Assembly: GCA_040776945.1 (NCBI GenBank)
Contig: JAXGZN010000002.1
Span: forward strand, 864,001 to 928,000
Source: Methanomassiliicoccaceae archaeon
GTDB taxonomy: Archaea > Thermoplasmatota > Thermoplasmata > Methanomassiliicoccales > Methanomassiliicoccaceae
Direction of reading: 5' to 3'
Length of the DNA stretch: 64,000 nt
Made by a program: the position numbers and the translations under genes. The notes under the pieces are model-generated. The model was given only the letters and a program-made list of their open reading frames with translations, was not told the DNA's origin and ran no database searches. Shown here piece by piece: positions 27,200 to 37,495 of this stretch (positions are counted from its first letter, which is position 1; the number at the start of each line of letters is the position of its first letter).

Positions 27200-27543
27200 A
27201 GATGTCACGGAAGGCCTGGTATACGGTCGGCTTCGGGCTCATTATCGCGATCTGCGTGGCCGCGTTCATGCTGCAGCCTGGGGCCGAGTTCGGCGGAGCC
27301 GATGGCCAGGGAGAGGAGGAGATCGGGAACATCAACCCTGACTACCAGCCTTGGTTCGAGAGCCTGTGGACCCCTCCCGGTGAGACCGAGAGCCTGCTGT
27401 TCGCCCTTCAGGCCGCTATCGGCGCGGTGATAATAGGCTACTTCATCGGCAATGAGCATGGGAAAAGGACCGCCTTGCAGAAGATAGGGGACCCTGTCGA
27501 AGTGCAAGTGGGCCCCGGCAAGGCGGAGGCGGCGGACAAGTGA
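27196..27543 (+). CDS. cbiN: Cobalt transport protein CbiN
   Basis: [24 protein letters not shown]. Confidence 0.93.
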   Translation: MKMSRKAWYTVGFGLIIAICVAAFMLQPGAEFGGADGQGEEEIGNINPDYQPWFESLWTPPGETESLLFALQAAIGAVIIGYFIGNEHGKRTALQKIGDPVEVQVGPGKAEAADK

Positions 27544-27560
27544 TCGGCCCGGTGCTGTAA

Positions 27561-28358
27561 ATGAAGACGATGGACGATATCGCCTACGCTTCACCGTTCA
27601 GGGACTGGTCCCCGCTGGGCAAGTTCTCCCTGGCCCTGTCCCTGCTGGTAGCGTCATTGCTGGCCTCGTCCATCGTCGTCCCTTCGATCGGACTTGTCGT
27701 CGGATTCGTTCTTTTGGCCTATTCCACGAGGCTGCGGTTCCCCAAGGTGATCGTGATAGCCCTGCTCGAAGGTCTGCTCATCTTCTTCATCGGTGCCCTG
27801 GTCATCGCCCTGGTGACCGCAGGACAGCCCCTGTGGACGTTCGACCTATGGCCCCTCACCGTGACGGTCTCTAGGGAAGGGGCCCATCTTGGACTATTGG
27901 TCTTCCTAAGGGCGGTCACCGGAGTGACCGTCATGCTTTTCTTCGCCACCTCCACTCCGCTCCCTCAGTTCGCCAACTCCCTTCGCCAGATCAGGATGCC
28001 GAAGGAGATCGTGGAGCTCACGGTGCTGATATATCGCTACTCCTTCCTCCTTCTAGAGCAGGTCGAGACCATGTACATCGCGGCCGATTGCCGTCTGGGT
28101 TTCCGCGGCTATCGGAACAAGTATCGGACCACGTCCAAGATGGCGGTCAACGTCTTCACCAGATCGCTGGACATGGCCGAGCGCTCTCAGGCGGCGCTGA
28201 ACGCCAGAAGCTACCAGGGCGTGTTCCATTGCTACCGCCCGCCGGTGAGTCTGTCGGCAAAATGGATATCTTTTTCGCTGGCAGTATTCTTATCTCTGTA
28301 CGCGATAAACCAGCTTATCGTAGATTCCGGCTCGCTCATGTGCCTATTGAAGATGTGA
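27561..28358 (+). CDS. cbiQ: Cobalt ECF transporter T component
   Basis: STP, LIYRY, RLG, ARSY motifs; operon position. Confidence 0.9.
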   Translation: MKTMDDIAYASPFRDWSPLGKFSLALSLLVASLLASSIVVPSIGLVVGFVLLAYSTRLRFPKVIVIALLEGLLIFFIGALVIALVTAGQPLWTFDLWPLTVTVSREGAHLGLLVFLRAVTGVTVMLFFATSTPLPQFANSLRQIRMPKEIVELTVLIYRYSFLLLEQVETMYIAADCRLGFRGYRNKYRTTSKMAVNVFTRSLDMAERSQAALNARSYQGVFHCYRPPVSLSAKWISFSLAVFLSLYAINQLIVDSGSLMCLLKM

Positions 28359-28362
28359 TGTT

Positions 28363-29685
28363 ATGATGAAGGGCCCCGTCATCGCCACCAAGGAGCTAGG
28401 CTTCTCGTATCAGAACGGATCGCCCGCGCTCAGGGGTGTCTCGTTGGAGGTGCACAGGGGAAGGAAGATCGCGTTCCTCGGTCCCAACGGGGCGGGAAAG
28501 AGCACATTGTTCCTGCACTTCAATGGCATACTTCGTCCCAAGAAAGGAGAGGTCCGCTATAATGACGTCCCTTTGAGATACGACCAGAGGTCCCTGGCAT
28601 TGCTTCGGCAGGACATAGCCATGGTGCTGCAGAACCCCGACGACCAGATCTTCTCTTCCACTGTGGAGGAGGATGTGGCCTTCGGGCCGATGAACCTTGG
28701 TCTTGAGCGTGCGGAGGTGGAACGGCGGGTCGATGTGTCCCTTCACCTGGTCGGAATGGAGGGCCTGCGAAGTAGGCCGACCCAACAGCTCTCCTTCGGC
28801 CAGAGGAAAAGGGTTTCCCTGGCCGGGGCCTTGGCCATGAGGCCCAAGGTCCTGATAATGGACGAGCCCACTGCTGGCCTGGACTCTGAGATGGTTCATG
28901 AACTGCTGGAGCTGTCGGACGAGCTGAACCACGCAGGCATGACCATGATCATGTCCACTCACGATATCGAGACGGCGTATGAATGGGCAGATGAGATGGT
29001 CGTCCTGATCGGCGGCGAGGTGGTGTTCTCTGGCACACCGGAGGACCTCTTCGATCGCCATATGCTCCTGGACCGGCTGAGGATCGTATATCCTTACGCT
29101 GTGAGGATGAACCAGCAGCTGCACTATCGAACTGGCAGGCCTGAACGGCCATTCCCCCGTACCTTGGTAGAGCTGACCGAGAAATGCTTCCCCAGTCCGG
29201 CCACCGGAGCGCATGAGGGTTCCGAGCTTTCCCATGCGCGCTTATCGGCCGGCACGCTCTATATCGCGGACGTCGACGACCCCGGACTGCCCGGGCAGGT
29301 CGATGATATCGCCGGCCGGATGCAGGACCTCCATCGATCCTCAGGCGTCTACGGTGCCAAGGCCCGCCGTCTGGTCAGAGATGGGAGGCTGGATGTCCAT
29401 CATCCTTTCCACGCACTGGAGAACGCCCTTCTCCAGGTCAGCGTGGGCAAGGACTTCCTGTTGTACACCGACACCTCCCTCATCTCCTTGGTCGGCCGGG
29501 AGCTGGCCAAGGTGGAGGGGCGGGTGGGGCTCCGCACCAGGGTAGTGTTCAGCGCTCACGCGACGAGGGGCGGGGACAGGCCGCAGGAAGCCGATGCCGG
29601 CAGCATCAGAGAGATAAAGAGCCAGGAGGACCATGGTGAAGATATCAACGGCCGGCCTCTCGAAGGCCGATTCGGACGATCATGA
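28363..29685 (+). CDS. cbiO: Cobalt ECF transporter ATPase with C-terminal extension
   Basis: GPNGAGKST, QNPDDQIF, LSFGQ, DEPTAGLD. Confidence 0.92.
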   Translation: MMKGPVIATKELGFSYQNGSPALRGVSLEVHRGRKIAFLGPNGAGKSTLFLHFNGILRPKKGEVRYNDVPLRYDQRSLALLRQDIAMVLQNPDDQIFSSTVEEDVAFGPMNLGLERAEVERRVDVSLHLVGMEGLRSRPTQQLSFGQRKRVSLAGALAMRPKVLIMDEPTAGLDSEMVHELLELSDELNHAGMTMIMSTHDIETAYEWADEMVVLIGGEVVFSGTPEDLFDRHMLLDRLRIVYPYAVRMNQQLHYRTGRPERPFPRTLVELTEKCFPSPATGAHEGSELSHARLSAGTLYIADVDDPGLPGQVDDIAGRMQDLHRSSGVYGAKARRLVRDGRLDVHHPFHALENALLQVSVGKDFLLYTDTSLISLVGRELAKVEGRVGLRTRVVFSAHATRGGDRPQEADAGSIREIKSQEDHGEDINGRPLEGRFGRS

Positions 29686-29709
29686 TGCGGATATTGCGAC
29701 GGTGAAAGG

Positions 29710-31068
29710 ATGCATATACCAAGGCTCGTCATAGCGGGAGAGAGGAGCGGGGTCGGCAAGTCCACCATAACCGTGGGGATGCTTATGGCACTGAAGGCCC
29801 GCGGCCTTGACCCTCAGCCTTTCAAGGCCGGGCCGGACTTCCTCGACCCGATGCATCACAGCGCGGTACTGGGAAGGCCATCCTATAACCTGGACACCTG
29901 GATGTTCCGGGACCGGGTCCTGCCGTCCTTCATACATGGCTCCAAGGGATCGAAGATATCTGTCATCGAAGGTGTTATGGGCCTCTACGACGGCCTCGAC
30001 GGCATATCGGACGAAGGCTCCACATCTCACCTGGCCAAGGTCTTGAAGGCTCCCGTGGTCCTTATCATCGACGCCTCGTCGTCCGCCCGCTCGGCCGGCG
30101 CGGTGGCCCTCGGCTTCAAGGAATATGATCCTCAGGTGAATATCGCCGGTGTCATCTTCAACAACGTAGCGGGTCCGTCGCACCTCTCCATGCTCCGAGA
30201 TTCCCTACGGGGGATGGAGTGTCTCGGAGGAGTGCCCTCTGAGGCGGCAGTGGAGCTGGGGTCCCGACATCTTGGTCTGATACCGGCGGGCGAGGACATG
30301 GACATGGCGCGGTACGCGCGGATCCAGGCCCTGGTCGAGAGCAATGTGAACTTGGACCGGATCGTCGAGCTGGCATCGGCGGCCCCGGACATCGGTCCTC
30401 GGAAGAGGGTGACGGCGGCCCGCCGGAAAAGGCCCAGGACCCGCATCGGCCTGGCCTGGGACGAGGCGTTCAATTTCTATTACCAAGGCAATCTTGACCA
30501 CCTATGCATGCTGGGGGCCGAGATCGTGAGGTTCTCGCCCATTCGCGATCGGCTTCCGGAGGTCGACGGCCTTTATTTTGGCGGCGGCTATCCCGAGCTG
30601 TTCTCCCGCGAGCTGGAGTCCAACACGGAGCTTAGGGAAAGCATACGTAGGGCCTCTGCGGATGGCATGCCCATCTACGCGGAGTGCGGAGGCATGATGT
30701 ACACCTGCGGAGAGGTCAGGGACATGAACGGGCGCAGTATGAGGATGACCGGCATATTCGACGCGGAGGTGGAGATGACAGACAGGCTGCAGGCGATAGG
30801 CTACATCGAGATGGAGGCTCGCAAGGACAACGTCATGTCGCTCAAGGGATGGAGCACCAGAGGGCATGAGTTCCATTGCTCCAGAGTGAGCTGCACTGGC
30901 AACGAGGATTTCGTTTACAAGATGAAGCGGGGCAAAGGGATCATGGAAGGAATGGACGGAATGCTTTCCCACAATACATTGGCATCATACGCGCATCTCC
31001 ACTTCGCCGCCTGCCCGGACCTCGCTCGACGATTCGTCATGAGCTGCGTGTACTCCAGGAGGCGATAG
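29710..31068 (+). CDS. cbiA: Cobyrinate a,c-diamide synthase (CbiA/CobB; CfbB not excluded)
   Basis: SGVGKST, FKAGPDFLDP, EGVMGLYDG, SRHLGL, GGGYPE, AECGGMMY, GHEFH. Confidence 0.9.
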   Translation: MHIPRLVIAGERSGVGKSTITVGMLMALKARGLDPQPFKAGPDFLDPMHHSAVLGRPSYNLDTWMFRDRVLPSFIHGSKGSKISVIEGVMGLYDGLDGISDEGSTSHLAKVLKAPVVLIIDASSSARSAGAVALGFKEYDPQVNIAGVIFNNVAGPSHLSMLRDSLRGMECLGGVPSEAAVELGSRHLGLIPAGEDMDMARYARIQALVESNVNLDRIVELASAAPDIGPRKRVTAARRKRPRTRIGLAWDEAFNFYYQGNLDHLCMLGAEIVRFSPIRDRLPEVDGLYFGGGYPELFSRELESNTELRESIRRASADGMPIYAECGGMMYTCGEVRDMNGRSMRMTGIFDAEVEMTDRLQAIGYIEMEARKDNVMSLKGWSTRGHEFHCSRVSCTGNEDFVYKMKRGKGIMEGMDGMLSHNTLASYAHLHFAACPDLARRFVMSCVYSRRR

Positions 31069-31090
31069 CACGGACGAGCATTGGCACAAG

Positions 31091-32872
31091 GTGGAGGCTC
31101 AGCTCCGTGACCTCCGGGCCGGCCCCAACAGGGAGTGCCCATACTATCCATGCCATTTTGACGGACAGGACTGCTCTCTTTGCTTCTGCCCCCTTTATCC
31201 CTGCCTTGATCCCCGGTTGGGAGAGTTCGTAACCGCAAAGAGCGGCAAGGAGGTGTGGAGCTGTGAGAACTGTTACTGGACACATCGCTCGGACGTTGCC
31301 TCGGAGGTCGCCAGGCGCGTTCCCGCCACGGCCTCTCCTCCTCCGCGGAGCTTCCTGGACGAGGTTAAGGCGGAGGTTGAGGCCTTTCATCCTGTCTCCG
31401 CCATGCCCATCATGGTGCTGGGCGCGACCTCTGGCGCCGGCAAGTCCCTTATCACCGCCGCGCTGTGCCGCTTGTTCTCTGACCTGGGCTACAACGTCGC
31501 GCCGTTCAAGTCGCAGAACATGTCCCTAAACTCCATGGTGACCCCGGCAGGCGGCGAGATCTCAAGGGCCCAGGCCCTTCAGGCCATAGCTGCGCGCACC
31601 AGTCCGGACAGCAGGATGAACCCCATCTTGCTTAAGCCAAAGAGGGACGACGTCTCCCAGGTGATCGTCGATGGCAGGCCGTACCGCGACATGGACGTGC
31701 CGACCTACTATGATGAGTTCACCATGGGCAAGGGAATCGAGATAGTCACCAGGGCCTGGAACTTCCTTCGCAGGACCAGGGACGTGGTCATCATCGAGGG
31801 GGCCGGCTCTCCGGCGGAGATCAACATCGCCGATAGAGAGATAGCCAACATGAGGACGGCGGAGATCGCCCGTGCCCCGTGCATCTTGGTGGTCAATATG
31901 GAATGGGGCGGGGCCTTCGCCTATGCCTACGGTACCATCATGCTCCTGCCCCCAGAGCAGCGGAAGATGTTCAAGGGCATCGTGCTGAACAACATGCGCG
32001 GGGACCCTTCCGGCCTTAAGGAAGGAGTGGAAGAGCTGGAGGAGCGCTTGGGCATCCCTGTGCTAGGGATAGTTCCCCATGCTGAGCACCTCCTGCCGGA
32101 CGAGGACTCCCAAGACCTGGTCAAGACTAGGGGGGCGGGAGATCTCAAGGTTGGTGTGATCATGCTTCCACGCATCTCCAACTTCACTGACCTGGACGCG
32201 CTCGCCCTGGAGGGGGTCAGGGTGGTCTACATAAGGGAACCACGGTCGCTGGAGAGCGTGGACGCCGTCATTGTGCCGGGGACCAAGAACACTGTCGGCG
32301 ATCTTAAGTGGCTGCATGAGCGCGGACTGTTCGACGCCATTAGAGGGCTGCGGGGCAAGGTCCCTATCCTGGGCATCTGCGGCGGATATCAGATGCTGGG
32401 CCGGGAGATCATCGACCTCAACGGGATAGAGGGCGATGCGGGCGCCACCTGGGAAGGGCTGGGCATTATCGACGTCACCACCAGGTTCGAGGCCTATGAG
32501 AAACGCACCGTGCAAGTGACCGGCCGCCTGGCCGTTGGTGACGGCGAGGTCAGGGGGTACGAGATCCATATGGGTGAGTCCGAGAGCAGGGAAGCACCAT
32601 TGTTCATTCTCGATGAGAACGGCGGGACGAAGAACGAAGGTGCGATAACCGAGGACGGTCTGGTCATGGGCTCCTATGTCCACGGGCTGTTCGACCTCCC
32701 CTCGTTCAGGCAGTTCTTCCTCTCTAAGATGCCCGGTTCATCGGCCAGGAGGACGAGCGCCCTGGACCATGACCGCTCGGTGGAGGATGACCTGAACGTC
32801 TTGGCCTCGGTCGTGGGACTGAACTTGGACATAGGCCGTCTCCTCAACATCCTGAAGGAGGGGTTGAGGTGA
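31091..32872 (+). CDS. cobQ: Cobyric acid synthase with N-terminal cysteine-rich small domain
   Basis: CPYYPCH..QDCSLCFCPLYPC N-domain; FKSQNMS, MNPILLKP, EGAGSPAE, ISNFTD, GICGGYQMLG, GYEIH. Confidence 0.93.
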   Translation: MEAQLRDLRAGPNRECPYYPCHFDGQDCSLCFCPLYPCLDPRLGEFVTAKSGKEVWSCENCYWTHRSDVASEVARRVPATASPPPRSFLDEVKAEVEAFHPVSAMPIMVLGATSGAGKSLITAALCRLFSDLGYNVAPFKSQNMSLNSMVTPAGGEISRAQALQAIAARTSPDSRMNPILLKPKRDDVSQVIVDGRPYRDMDVPTYYDEFTMGKGIEIVTRAWNFLRRTRDVVIIEGAGSPAEINIADREIANMRTAEIARAPCILVVNMEWGGAFAYAYGTIMLLPPEQRKMFKGIVLNNMRGDPSGLKEGVEELEERLGIPVLGIVPHAEHLLPDEDSQDLVKTRGAGDLKVGVIMLPRISNFTDLDALALEGVRVVYIREPRSLESVDAVIVPGTKNTVGDLKWLHERGLFDAIRGLRGKVPILGICGGYQMLGREIIDLNGIEGDAGATWEGLGIIDVTTRFEAYEKRTVQVTGRLAVGDGEVRGYEIHMGESESREAPLFILDENGGTKNEGAITEDGLVMGSYVHGLFDLPSFRQFFLSKMPGSSARRTSALDHDRSVEDDLNVLASVVGLNLDIGRLLNILKEGLR

Positions 32873-33711
32873 GCAGCATAATGGTTCAAGGAACCTCGTC
32901 GGGAGCGGGTAAGACCACCATCGCCGCTCTCTTCTGCCGCCATTTTGCCAAGAGGGGGTTCAAGGTCGCACCGTTCAAGGCATCCAACCTATCCTTGAAC
33001 TCGTTCGTCACTCCCAAGGGAGAGGAGATAGGCATCTCTCAGGCATACCAGGCATGGGCCTGCGACCGGGAGCCCGAGGGCAGCATGAACCCTGTTCTCT
33101 TGAAGCCGAAGGGGAACGGCAGCTGCCAGATAATGCTCTCCGGCCGCCCCTACGGAGATCTTGGCCGGGGGCAGATTGCGGACCGTGAAGTGCTGTGGGA
33201 GACGGTACGCTCTTCCTTCCGCCATCTTCTTGAGACGAACGACGTGGTGGTGATCGAGGGATCAGGGTCCCCGGCGGAGATCAATCTCCGCAAGCAGGAC
33301 CTGGCCAACATGAGGACGGCGGAGATGGCCGGTGCGCCGGTAGTACTGGTCGGCGACATAGAGCGCGGAGGGGTCTTTGCCGGTCTGTTCGGAACGCACG
33401 CGCTGCTGGAGGAGCGACATCGCCGCCTGGTCAAGGCGTTCATGATCAACCGGTTCCGGGGGGACGAGAGCATCCTGGACAGCGGGATCGCCAGGATGGA
33501 GGAGTTGCTTGGAGTCCCATCGCTCGGGGTCCTTCCGTTCGCGGACCTAAAGTTCCCGTCCGAGGACTCCCTGGACATGGGAAGAGGTCAGGGGACCAGG
33601 GTCAAGGGAGCGGACATAAGGAAAGGCTGGCTGGCGAACCTGGACGACCTTTACACCATGTCCCTGGACCATTTGGACTATGTGCTCATGGAGAAGATCG
33701 CCTTCTCGTAG
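32869..33711 (+). CDS. CobQ paralog, synthetase domain only (no glutaminase domain)
   Basis: QGTSSGAGKT, MNPVLLKP, EGSGSPAEINL, DIERGG, EDS followed directly by the terminal helix. Confidence 0.85.
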   Translation: MSSIMVQGTSSGAGKTTIAALFCRHFAKRGFKVAPFKASNLSLNSFVTPKGEEIGISQAYQAWACDREPEGSMNPVLLKPKGNGSCQIMLSGRPYGDLGRGQIADREVLWETVRSSFRHLLETNDVVVIEGSGSPAEINLRKQDLANMRTAEMAGAPVVLVGDIERGGVFAGLFGTHALLEERHRRLVKAFMINRFRGDESILDSGIARMEELLGVPSLGVLPFADLKFPSEDSLDMGRGQGTRVKGADIRKGWLANLDDLYTMSLDHLDYVLMEKIAFS

Positions 33712-33779
33712 GCCGGAGGACCTAAAAAGGACCGATGGGGGCCGCCGACCTTAAGAGATCGGGGTCGGCAGGGCAGGGT

Positions 33780-34406
33780 TCAAGTGTATCGCACTGAGCG
33801 TGGCTTGCCTTCGACCCTCTTGGCCTTCCTTCCCAACTGAAGCCATAGGCCCAGAGCGCGCCCTAGGTCGTGGATGTACTCCGCCGCGGCCAGGGTGTTC
33901 CGTTCGATGATCTCGGCGTATCGGTCCATCAGGTCTCCCGGAGGAATGAACGTCAGGGACCTCTTCTTGGTATCGGCATCAAGGTAGAGCAGCCGCTCCT
34001 GCAGGGAACAGAAGTCCTCCCTGAGGAACGCTGGCTCCTCCGATATCTTGATGTCCTTCCGGCCCAGGGCCATTGAGGCCTGCTCTACGGTCCTGAGCTC
34101 TTCCAGGATCTGAGCCGCCGCCTTTCTGCCGTTGCGGCAGTGATCGTGATAGTCCTCGATGCGAACGTTGACGTAATCGGCCTTGGCAGCCTTCTCGCAC
34201 TCCTTGACCAGGGACATGAGCTTGCCGACCTCTTCGAACATCACCAGAAGGATGACGAGCCTCATCCTGTCCCTTCCGGGGAACTCGTCCTGTTCTGAGA
34301 GGGCGCGGTAGGAGTTAGAGGTGTCTAGGATGTGGGCCGCCAGGTCCTCGGCAAGGCGGAAGGCCTCATCCCGGAGGGGGTGCATAACGTCAGGGTCCTT
34401 GCTCAT
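33780..34406 (-). CDS. AbiV/HEPN-like protein (divergent)
   Basis: LLVMFEEVGKL...DH...QERLLYLD resembles the AbiV EExGK / H / LYVD pattern. Confidence 0.5.
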   Translation of the reverse strand: MSKDPDVMHPLRDEAFRLAEDLAAHILDTSNSYRALSEQDEFPGRDRMRLVILLVMFEEVGKLMSLVKECEKAAKADYVNVRIEDYHDHCRNGRKAAAQILEELRTVEQASMALGRKDIKISEEPAFLREDFCSLQERLLYLDADTKKRSLTFIPPGDLMDRYAEIIERNTLAAAEYIHDLGRALGLWLQLGRKAKRVEGKPRSVRYT

Positions 34407-34489
34407 GAGGACGTGATTGAAGATACGGATATTAACTCATTCCCGAAGGCGACAGATTGAACTATTGCCTTTTCAAATAATGTTGTACC

Positions 34490-34759
34490 ATGGAGAGCGA
34501 GCAGGAGCTTAGGCTGAAGGCCAGGAGGATGGCCGAGGAGAAGGTCGATTTCTATGTGCACCTTCTGTTCTACATCGCCATCAACGGAGGGCTCATCACT
34601 GTGTGGTGGCTGTCCGGAGGCGGGTTCCCCTGGTTCATATTCGTCCTGATGTTCTGGGGTATCGGCCTGGCGGCCCATGGCATCCGCGCGTTCGTCAGCC
34701 AAGGCTACACCGACATCTTGGCCGAGAGGGAGTATCAGCGTCTCAGGGGCCAGAGATAG
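34490..34759 (+). CDS. 2TM domain protein
   Basis: FYVHLLFYIAIN...PWF...WGIGLAAH. Confidence 0.85.
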   Translation: MESEQELRLKARRMAEEKVDFYVHLLFYIAINGGLITVWWLSGGGFPWFIFVLMFWGIGLAAHGIRAFVSQGYTDILAEREYQRLRGQR

Positions 34760-35051
34760 GTACCGTCTCGACCTCCTTGATGAAGCAACGGATCAGAGCA
34801 TCCCTCTCTTCACGCGAAGCGTTGTTCCATATTTCCGCCACCTGCTTCTCCGTGGAGGAGCCTGAATGCACCCGGGAGGTCAGGAAATCTATCATGTCCT
34901 CCACCACTCCCATGACGTGCCCTTCCGACGGATCTATCTCCCTTGCCGCGGAGATCGTCTCTCGAAGAGAGGCGGTCCAATCGCCCCAGTTGCGGATTAG
35001 GAGGAACATGTCCTTGCACGAGCCTGTTGGGCCCTCGACGGAGCGCTCCAT
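34743..35051 (-). CDS. DUF3243-like hypothetical protein
   Basis: W..W..L, DFL, EIW..AS.EER..L pattern. Confidence 0.55.
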   Translation of the reverse strand: MERSVEGPTGSCKDMFLLIRNWGDWTASLRETISAAREIDPSEGHVMGVVEDMIDFLTSRVHSGSSTEKQVAEIWNNASREERDALIRCFIKEVETVPISGP

Positions 35052-35359
35052 GAAGCTATATCTGGAGCTTCATGTCCATAATACCAATGCCGCTACGCGA
35101 TGATACGGCCATGAGGCCGTGGAACGGCCCTAGGCGACACATGCTGCCCGCGTGGATCGAGGACGCCCCGTGCTCTCTCTCGTCTCGCGCTGCTCACAAT
35201 GAACTAAAAAAAGGATGACGTCTTCGTCCATCTCTCCCATCGAGCAAATATCTGGCCGCCTGGCCATGGACCATTGAGGTTTCCCTGAAGAGAACAACAT
35301 TTAAGTAATGGTCTTCGTGTTTTCCTCATGGAGTTATAATATTGCGTAGCAGACCCCAA

Positions 35360-35662
35360 ATGAAGTCTGGTGATCGGAGGGACGACAGGAGAAAGGTACG
35401 TCCCCAGACACCCCGAACCGCCATGTTGAACCTTCACCGCCTTGGCTCTTTTAAGTATGATCTGCGTGAGATCCTGAACGCCGCCCCTATGGACAAGACC
35501 TTGATACCCACCATCGTTGCCAACGTCATCGCGAAGGCCTCCCGGGTCTCGGTGAAGGAGACCAAGGAATATATCCGGGAGATCGAGGCTCTAGGGACGA
35601 TCGACAAGATAGCCGCCGACGACGTCTGCTCTCTTCTGGACCGCTATTCTAAATGGCGCTGA
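35360..35662 (+). CDS. Hypothetical protein
   Basis: Host-like codon usage, TATA-like TTATAA upstream, convergent with the helicase gene. Confidence 0.7.
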   Translation: MKSGDRRDDRRKVRPQTPRTAMLNLHRLGSFKYDLREILNAAPMDKTLIPTIVANVIAKASRVSVKETKEYIREIEALGTIDKIAADDVCSLLDRYSKWR

Positions 35663-35672
35663 ACCAACGGCC

Positions 35673-37082
35673 TCAGCGCTTCTTGGCCTTGGGCGTCACG
35701 GTCAGCCGCTTCCCCTTGTAAGATGCTTGACGCAGAGCCCTTAGGACCTTAAGGCCCACGTCCTTGTGGATCTCCACTGTTGACCTGGACGGTCCGATCT
35801 CAATATGGCCGATGACGATCTCGTTGACCCTTGCCGTGCGAGCGACGAGGTCCGCGAGATCGACCTTGTTGATCCCGTCCGAGGAGCCGATGCTCAGCTC
35901 GAACTTGACCATTCCGAAGATATCGGACATCTCGTCGAAGTCCAGCACCTCGCGCACCGTCTCTTGGCCCTTCACTTGGGGCACCTCGACCTGTTTCAGC
36001 TTGACATCGGTGAACGACTGGATGGCTTCCAGGAGATGCATCTCATCGTTGGAGACGAAGGTGATGGCCTTGCCCTCCTTACCTGCCCGTCCCGTCCTCC
36101 CTATGCGGTGGACGTAGGTGTCGGGCGAATCTGGTATATCGTAGTTGATGACGTAGTTCACGCCCTCGATGTCCAACCCCCGTGCGGCGACGTCCGTGGC
36201 GATCAGCACTTTGATCTTGCCGGAACGGAAGTCGTTAAGCACCTTCTCCCTTCGGGCCTGGGTCAGATCGCCGTGGATGGCCGCCGTCGGGTACCCATAT
36301 GAGGTCAGGCGCCTCTCTATGATGTCCACCATATGTTTGGTCTGAGCGAACACGATGGCCTTGGGCCTTTCCTTGTCCAGTACCCGGCACAAGGCCCAGA
36401 TCTTGTTCTTTCTCCCGACCGTGAAGTACATCTGCTTGGTGTTTGGCAGGACCAGCTCGTCCTCGGATACCGAGACCGTCTGAGGCGACCTCATATGCTC
36501 CTCTGCCAGTTTCCTTATCTCAGCGGGCATGGTGGCAGAGAATAGCATGGTCTGACGGTCCTTTGGCACCTTGGAGATTATGAACGATATGTCCTCTATG
36601 AACCCCATGTCCAGCATGCGGTCGGCCTCATCAAGTACCAGGAACCTGATCTCCTTCAATACCAAAGTGCCGCGGTGGATGTGGTCGATGACCCTCCCTG
36701 GAGTCCCTACCACGATGTCCACGCCCCTGTTGAGAGCCTCGAGCTGTGGCTCCATCCCCGCCCCGCCATAGATGGCCAGGACCGCGACGTCCAGATTGGC
36801 GCTTAGACGCTTGATCTCCTCCGAGACCTGCACTGCCAGCTCCCGGGTGGGGCAGAGCACTAGGGCTTCCGGATATCGACCCGGCTCGATGTTCTGGATG
36901 ATCGGTATTCCGAACGCAGCGGTCTTCCCCGTTCCTGTCTGGGCCTGAGCTATCACATCCTTTCCGTCCATGAGGAGGGGTATGGTCCCTTCCTGCACCG
37001 GCGTCGGCTCTGTCCATCCCATCCTGCGAATCGCTTTCAAGACAGGTTCGATGACTTGGAGATCTTCAAAATTGGAGGCCAT
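35673..37082 (-). CDS. DEAD-box RNA helicase (DeaD/CshA-like) with DbpA-type C-terminal RNA-binding domain
   Basis: All DEAD motifs present; C-terminal SIGSSDGI...IGHIEI...STVEI. Confidence 0.95.
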   Translation of the reverse strand: MASNFEDLQVIEPVLKAIRRMGWTEPTPVQEGTIPLLMDGKDVIAQAQTGTGKTAAFGIPIIQNIEPGRYPEALVLCPTRELAVQVSEEIKRLSANLDVAVLAIYGGAGMEPQLEALNRGVDIVVGTPGRVIDHIHRGTLVLKEIRFLVLDEADRMLDMGFIEDISFIISKVPKDRQTMLFSATMPAEIRKLAEEHMRSPQTVSVSEDELVLPNTKQMYFTVGRKNKIWALCRVLDKERPKAIVFAQTKHMVDIIERRLTSYGYPTAAIHGDLTQARREKVLNDFRSGKIKVLIATDVAARGLDIEGVNYVINYDIPDSPDTYVHRIGRTGRAGKEGKAITFVSNDEMHLLEAIQSFTDVKLKQVEVPQVKGQETVREVLDFDEMSDIFGMVKFELSIGSSDGINKVDLADLVARTARVNEIVIGHIEIGPSRSTVEIHKDVGLKVLRALRQASYKGKRLTVTPKAKKR

Positions 37083-37495
37083 ATTAACTCACTACCTCAG
37101 TTCTGATTACCGTTTCTCGCTCTCGGTACCCCATAATCCTTTCGCACTTAATCATTTCCGGTGGACGGGCTACTGATGGAAAGATGCGAGCGTCCCCTGT
37201 CCCCTAAGGTCCTTTTCATCGCATTGAGAGCGAGGCCTGCCTCTAAGTGCCTTGGACCTCTCGGAAGAACGGCCGGACCGCACGAGCGAGGAAGTCGCGC
37301 ATATCGGCGATCCTTGAGCGCGGCTTTAACTGCCTGCGCCTTCCTCGATCATCACGAGGCGCTGGTTGCGAGGGGCCCATCTCGACCATGGGGCGTCTTG
37401 ACGATATGGCGCCATCGGGCCATATGCTCCCCGTCCAGTGCCATTTCGTCCAGCGTACTTCCTTGGCGTCCGCCTTCCGGCCCGGCCGCATGGCG

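Noticed and set aside
33709-33790. Amber readthrough restoring a GATase domain to the short CobQ
   Set aside because: The sequence after the TAG has no GATase motifs and runs into the convergent gene.
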